Shown here in pieces: positions 61,920-64,000 of a stretch of DNA of 64,000 bases. The number at the start of each line of letters is the position of its first letter. The stretch's first letter is position 1. This DNA comes from a virus. The notes under the pieces are model-generated. The model was not told the DNA's origin, ran no database searches, and saw only the letters and a program-made list of their open reading frames with translations. Location of the stretch: IMG/VR virus record IMGVR_UViG_3300042880_000420, positions 32,001 to 96,000 of that record; one strand, given 5' to 3'. The translations under genes were made by a program, and so were the position numbers.

Positions 61920-64000
61920 CTATCTTATGTTTTTAAAAGCATTTCTAGGGGGAGTATTTAAAGCATTTTTATTTAAACTTCCTGAGTTTATACCCATATG
62001 TCTAAATGGAGTCCTTACTGATAATTTACTTAATTTTTGTGTATTTTCCAATTTATCATTTGCTATTTCTACTCTTGTAGCTTTACCCCTATTGTTTTGC
62101 TGTATTTGAGCAAATGCTACAAGGGAACAAAATGAAACCAAACGGTCTACGTTTAAACCCGGTTGGTATTGTTTCATTTCTTCTAATAACATTATGTCGG
62201 GTATTCTTTCTACACCATAATGTATTTTTGTTATTTCACCATCTTTATTTGTGTGAACATCTAATTCTTCTTGTAAGAATTGTATGCCATAACTTATAAG
62301 ATGGGTTTTAAAAAGTGTTCCTGTATTTTTCCAGCCGTATGTAGCAAATACATTAGCATTACTGGACAATTCTTTAAGAAAAGGTATTTGATCTTTAGGA
62401 ACCAAATATTTTTGTTTCCTTTTACTAATCATATACTGTATAAAAAGACTAACATTATTTTCAACTAATGTCCACGCATTATACCATTCGATGAGCATTT
62501 CTAGACGTTCATGTGTTTTTTGCAAATCATCAAATCTTCCACACCATGAAGCAACAATACCATCTCGCTCAAAATGTGAATTTACTTTACCATTTCCCTC
62601 ATCCTTAATTACTTCAGTTGGATTTTTATAGATAAATATGCTACATAATGAATCTGATGTGGTGGTCCTACCTTCCCCGACTGGATCTATAGAAGCATAA
62701 TATGTTCCCCAAGGAACATTAGGAATTGGTCTTTCGTACACGCATATAACTCCAGATTTGTCTTCCATAGTTTTATCTATAGGAAATTTTTTAATAGGTT
62801 GTCTATTAGATTTTTTGGCTACAATTTTATTTTCCTCATTTATACTTAATTCGACATATTCTATAGGATAGTCTCCATCTTCTATACGTTTTATTTGATG
62901 TGAAATAAGATGGGGTGGAAATACAGATTCTTTTCTTGTAGCAAATGCCTCTTCAATATTAGTGGGTTTTTGAGAAATACGTAACTGGTATTGTTCAGGA
63001 GATAAGTCTTTTTTCCATTGTTTACGTTCTTCATAAATAGCTTCAAGTGCATCATTAACTAAAGAGTTACCAGCTTTATCTATATAAGGAGGCATTGACC
63101 ATTGTTCAGGAATAAATAATCCAGTTTCCCCTATTGTACCATTGTTATCTATTAAATTGGATGTTATAGCAAACATACCATATTTATGAGGATAGAGTAT
63201 CATTTCTTTAAGAGGTTGACATTGATCTAAATCACCCACTGAACCAGCAGCTATAAATGTACCTGTTGTCACCATACCAGATTGCATTGCAGGACGCATA
63301 AACTCATAAGTGTCCATCATCTTGGGAGCAATTCCAGCTTCTTCATGAAAGAAGTACGATACGGGTCCTCCCACGCCATTAGTTGGGTCTTTTTCAAATG
63401 ATGTACCTGTAATAATAGACTTGTTACCCTTGTAAGTGTCTCTACCACCTGTTCTCACTTTAATACGTTGTTGCCAAGAAAACACCTTATCAGGTTCAGA
63501 AGGTCTATACCAAGCAGTGTGTTCATTAAGAAAGTTACGATATTCATTAAGCATCCTCCAAGAACCTTTCTCTGATATATAGTCTTTAAGACTAGCTCCT
63601 ATTTTATTTACAGAACCTTCTTCAAACCAATATTGATTAATCAATTTTCCCATATGAAAATATGAAGATGCTATCTGACGTTTCTTTAATATTGGGACAT
63701 GTTTATAACTTAATTCTGCTAAAATCTCATACAATGCCATATGATATTGAGCATCTCTCACTTTAGCAAAATCAAATCTTTTTTCTTCCTTATCATAAAT
63801 AGGAAGAAAGTTAAGCCACATATAATAATCACGTGTTAAATACCATGTTAATCCATCCTCTTTATAAATAACACCATTGCGACATTTTGCTTTTTCTTCA
63901 TCCCAATAATTCATAAAGTCTTTTGACTTTATTGGAGCATTACAGTAATATCCATCTTTTTGAAACTTTCTAGCTTGAGAATTAAATTCTATAGAAATAT
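61920..64000 (-). CDS. terL: Terminase large subunit (5' end beyond the window)
   Basis: ILKKRQIASSY (Walker A region), FFHEEAG (Walker B), YYASIDPV...SDS and NVDRLVS RNase H nuclease motifs. The frame stays open from the track's start at 63914 to the edge (ISIEFNSQARKFQKDGYYCNAP...). Confidence 0.93.
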   Translation of the reverse strand, partial: ISIEFNSQARKFQKDGYYCNAPIKSKDFMNYWDEEKAKCRNGVIYKEDGLTWYLTRDYYMWLNFLPIYDKEEKRFDFAKVRDAQYHMALYEILAELSYKHVPILKKRQIASSYFHMGKLINQYWFEEGSVNKIGASLKDYISEKGSWRMLNEYRNFLNEHTAWYRPSEPDKVFSWQQRIKVRTGGRDTYKGNKSIITGTSFEKDPTNGVGGPVSYFFHEEAGIAPKMMDTYEFMRPAMQSGMVTTGTFIAAGSVGDLDQCQPLKEMILYPHKYGMFAITSNLIDNNGTIGETGLFIPEQWSMPPYIDKAGNSLVNDALEAIYEERKQWKKDLSPEQYQLRISQKPTNIEEAFATRKESVFPPHLISHQIKRIEDGDYPIEYVELSINEENKIVAKKSNRQPIKKFPIDKTMEDKSGVICVYERPIPNVPWGTYYASIDPVGEGRTTTSDSLCSIFIYKNPTEVIKDEGNGKVNSHFERDGIVASWCGRFDDLQKTHERLEMLIEWYNAWTLVENNVSLFIQYMISKRKQKYLVPKDQIPFLKELSSNANVFATYGWKNTGTLFKTHLISYGIQFLQEELDVHTNKDGEITKIHYGVERIPDIMLLEEMKQYQPGLNVDRLVSFCSLVAFAQIQQNNRGKATRVEIANDKLENTQKLSKLSVRTPFRHMGINSGSLNKNALNTPPRNAFKNIR

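Noticed and set aside
1-64000. Stop-codon reassignment as in some gut crAss-like phages
   Set aside because: Genes are long and uninterrupted under the standard code, and TAG serves as a real stop (e.g. 25283, 38097, 61920).
1-64000. CRISPR arrays, tRNAs, DGR or invertible fibre cassettes
   Set aside because: No regularly spaced repeats, cloverleaf, reverse transcriptase, TR/VR pair or recombinase seen; intergenic gaps are short.
58895-64000. Inteins or introns in terminase and portal
   Set aside because: Visible portions are continuous, with no C/S-start...HN-C/S/T intein signature or embedded endonuclease.

Overview
This 64-kb window is a very AT-rich fragment of a crAss-like (Crassvirales-type) podophage that probably infects a Bacteroidota host. 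All credible genes lie on the minus strand and use the standard genetic code. Read right to left, the order is: terminase large subunit (cut by the window edge), portal, acidic scaffold-like protein, major capsid protein, conserved head/ring/auxiliary capsid genes with a ferritin/Dps-like gene, a mosaic fibre block containing an inserted HNH endonuclease, a metallophosphoesterase moron, an IHF/HU-like gene, two ring proteins, a small HExxH peptidase, the muzzle/tail-stabilisation protein, three modular cargo proteins, two large ejection-type proteins, and a giant ORF (>4,060 codons, 12193 to <1). The ORF track misses the giant ORF because it has no stop inside the window. Manual translation shows it is the virion two-barrel RNA polymerase (RIPNQ...GSDFDVDK) fused to ART-PolyVal ADP-ribosyltransferase, SLOG, NADAR, macro-like, SF1B (Dda/RecD-like) helicase and zincin domains. 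Most notable observations: (1) an injected ADP-ribose writer/reader/eraser set plus helicase on the RNAP chain; (2) cargo proteins built as strings of small modules separated by a recurring (Y/F/M/W)-x-x-G-G motif, suggesting processed polyproteins or a packaging tag; (3) a hairpin-plus-terminator RNA whose loop is complementary to AAAACCAA motifs at several start codons; (4) an HNH gene that duplicated the tail-fibre start in frame; (5) a recurring promoter motif and a 17-bp palindromic operator. All domain calls come from motif recognition by eye, not from database searches.
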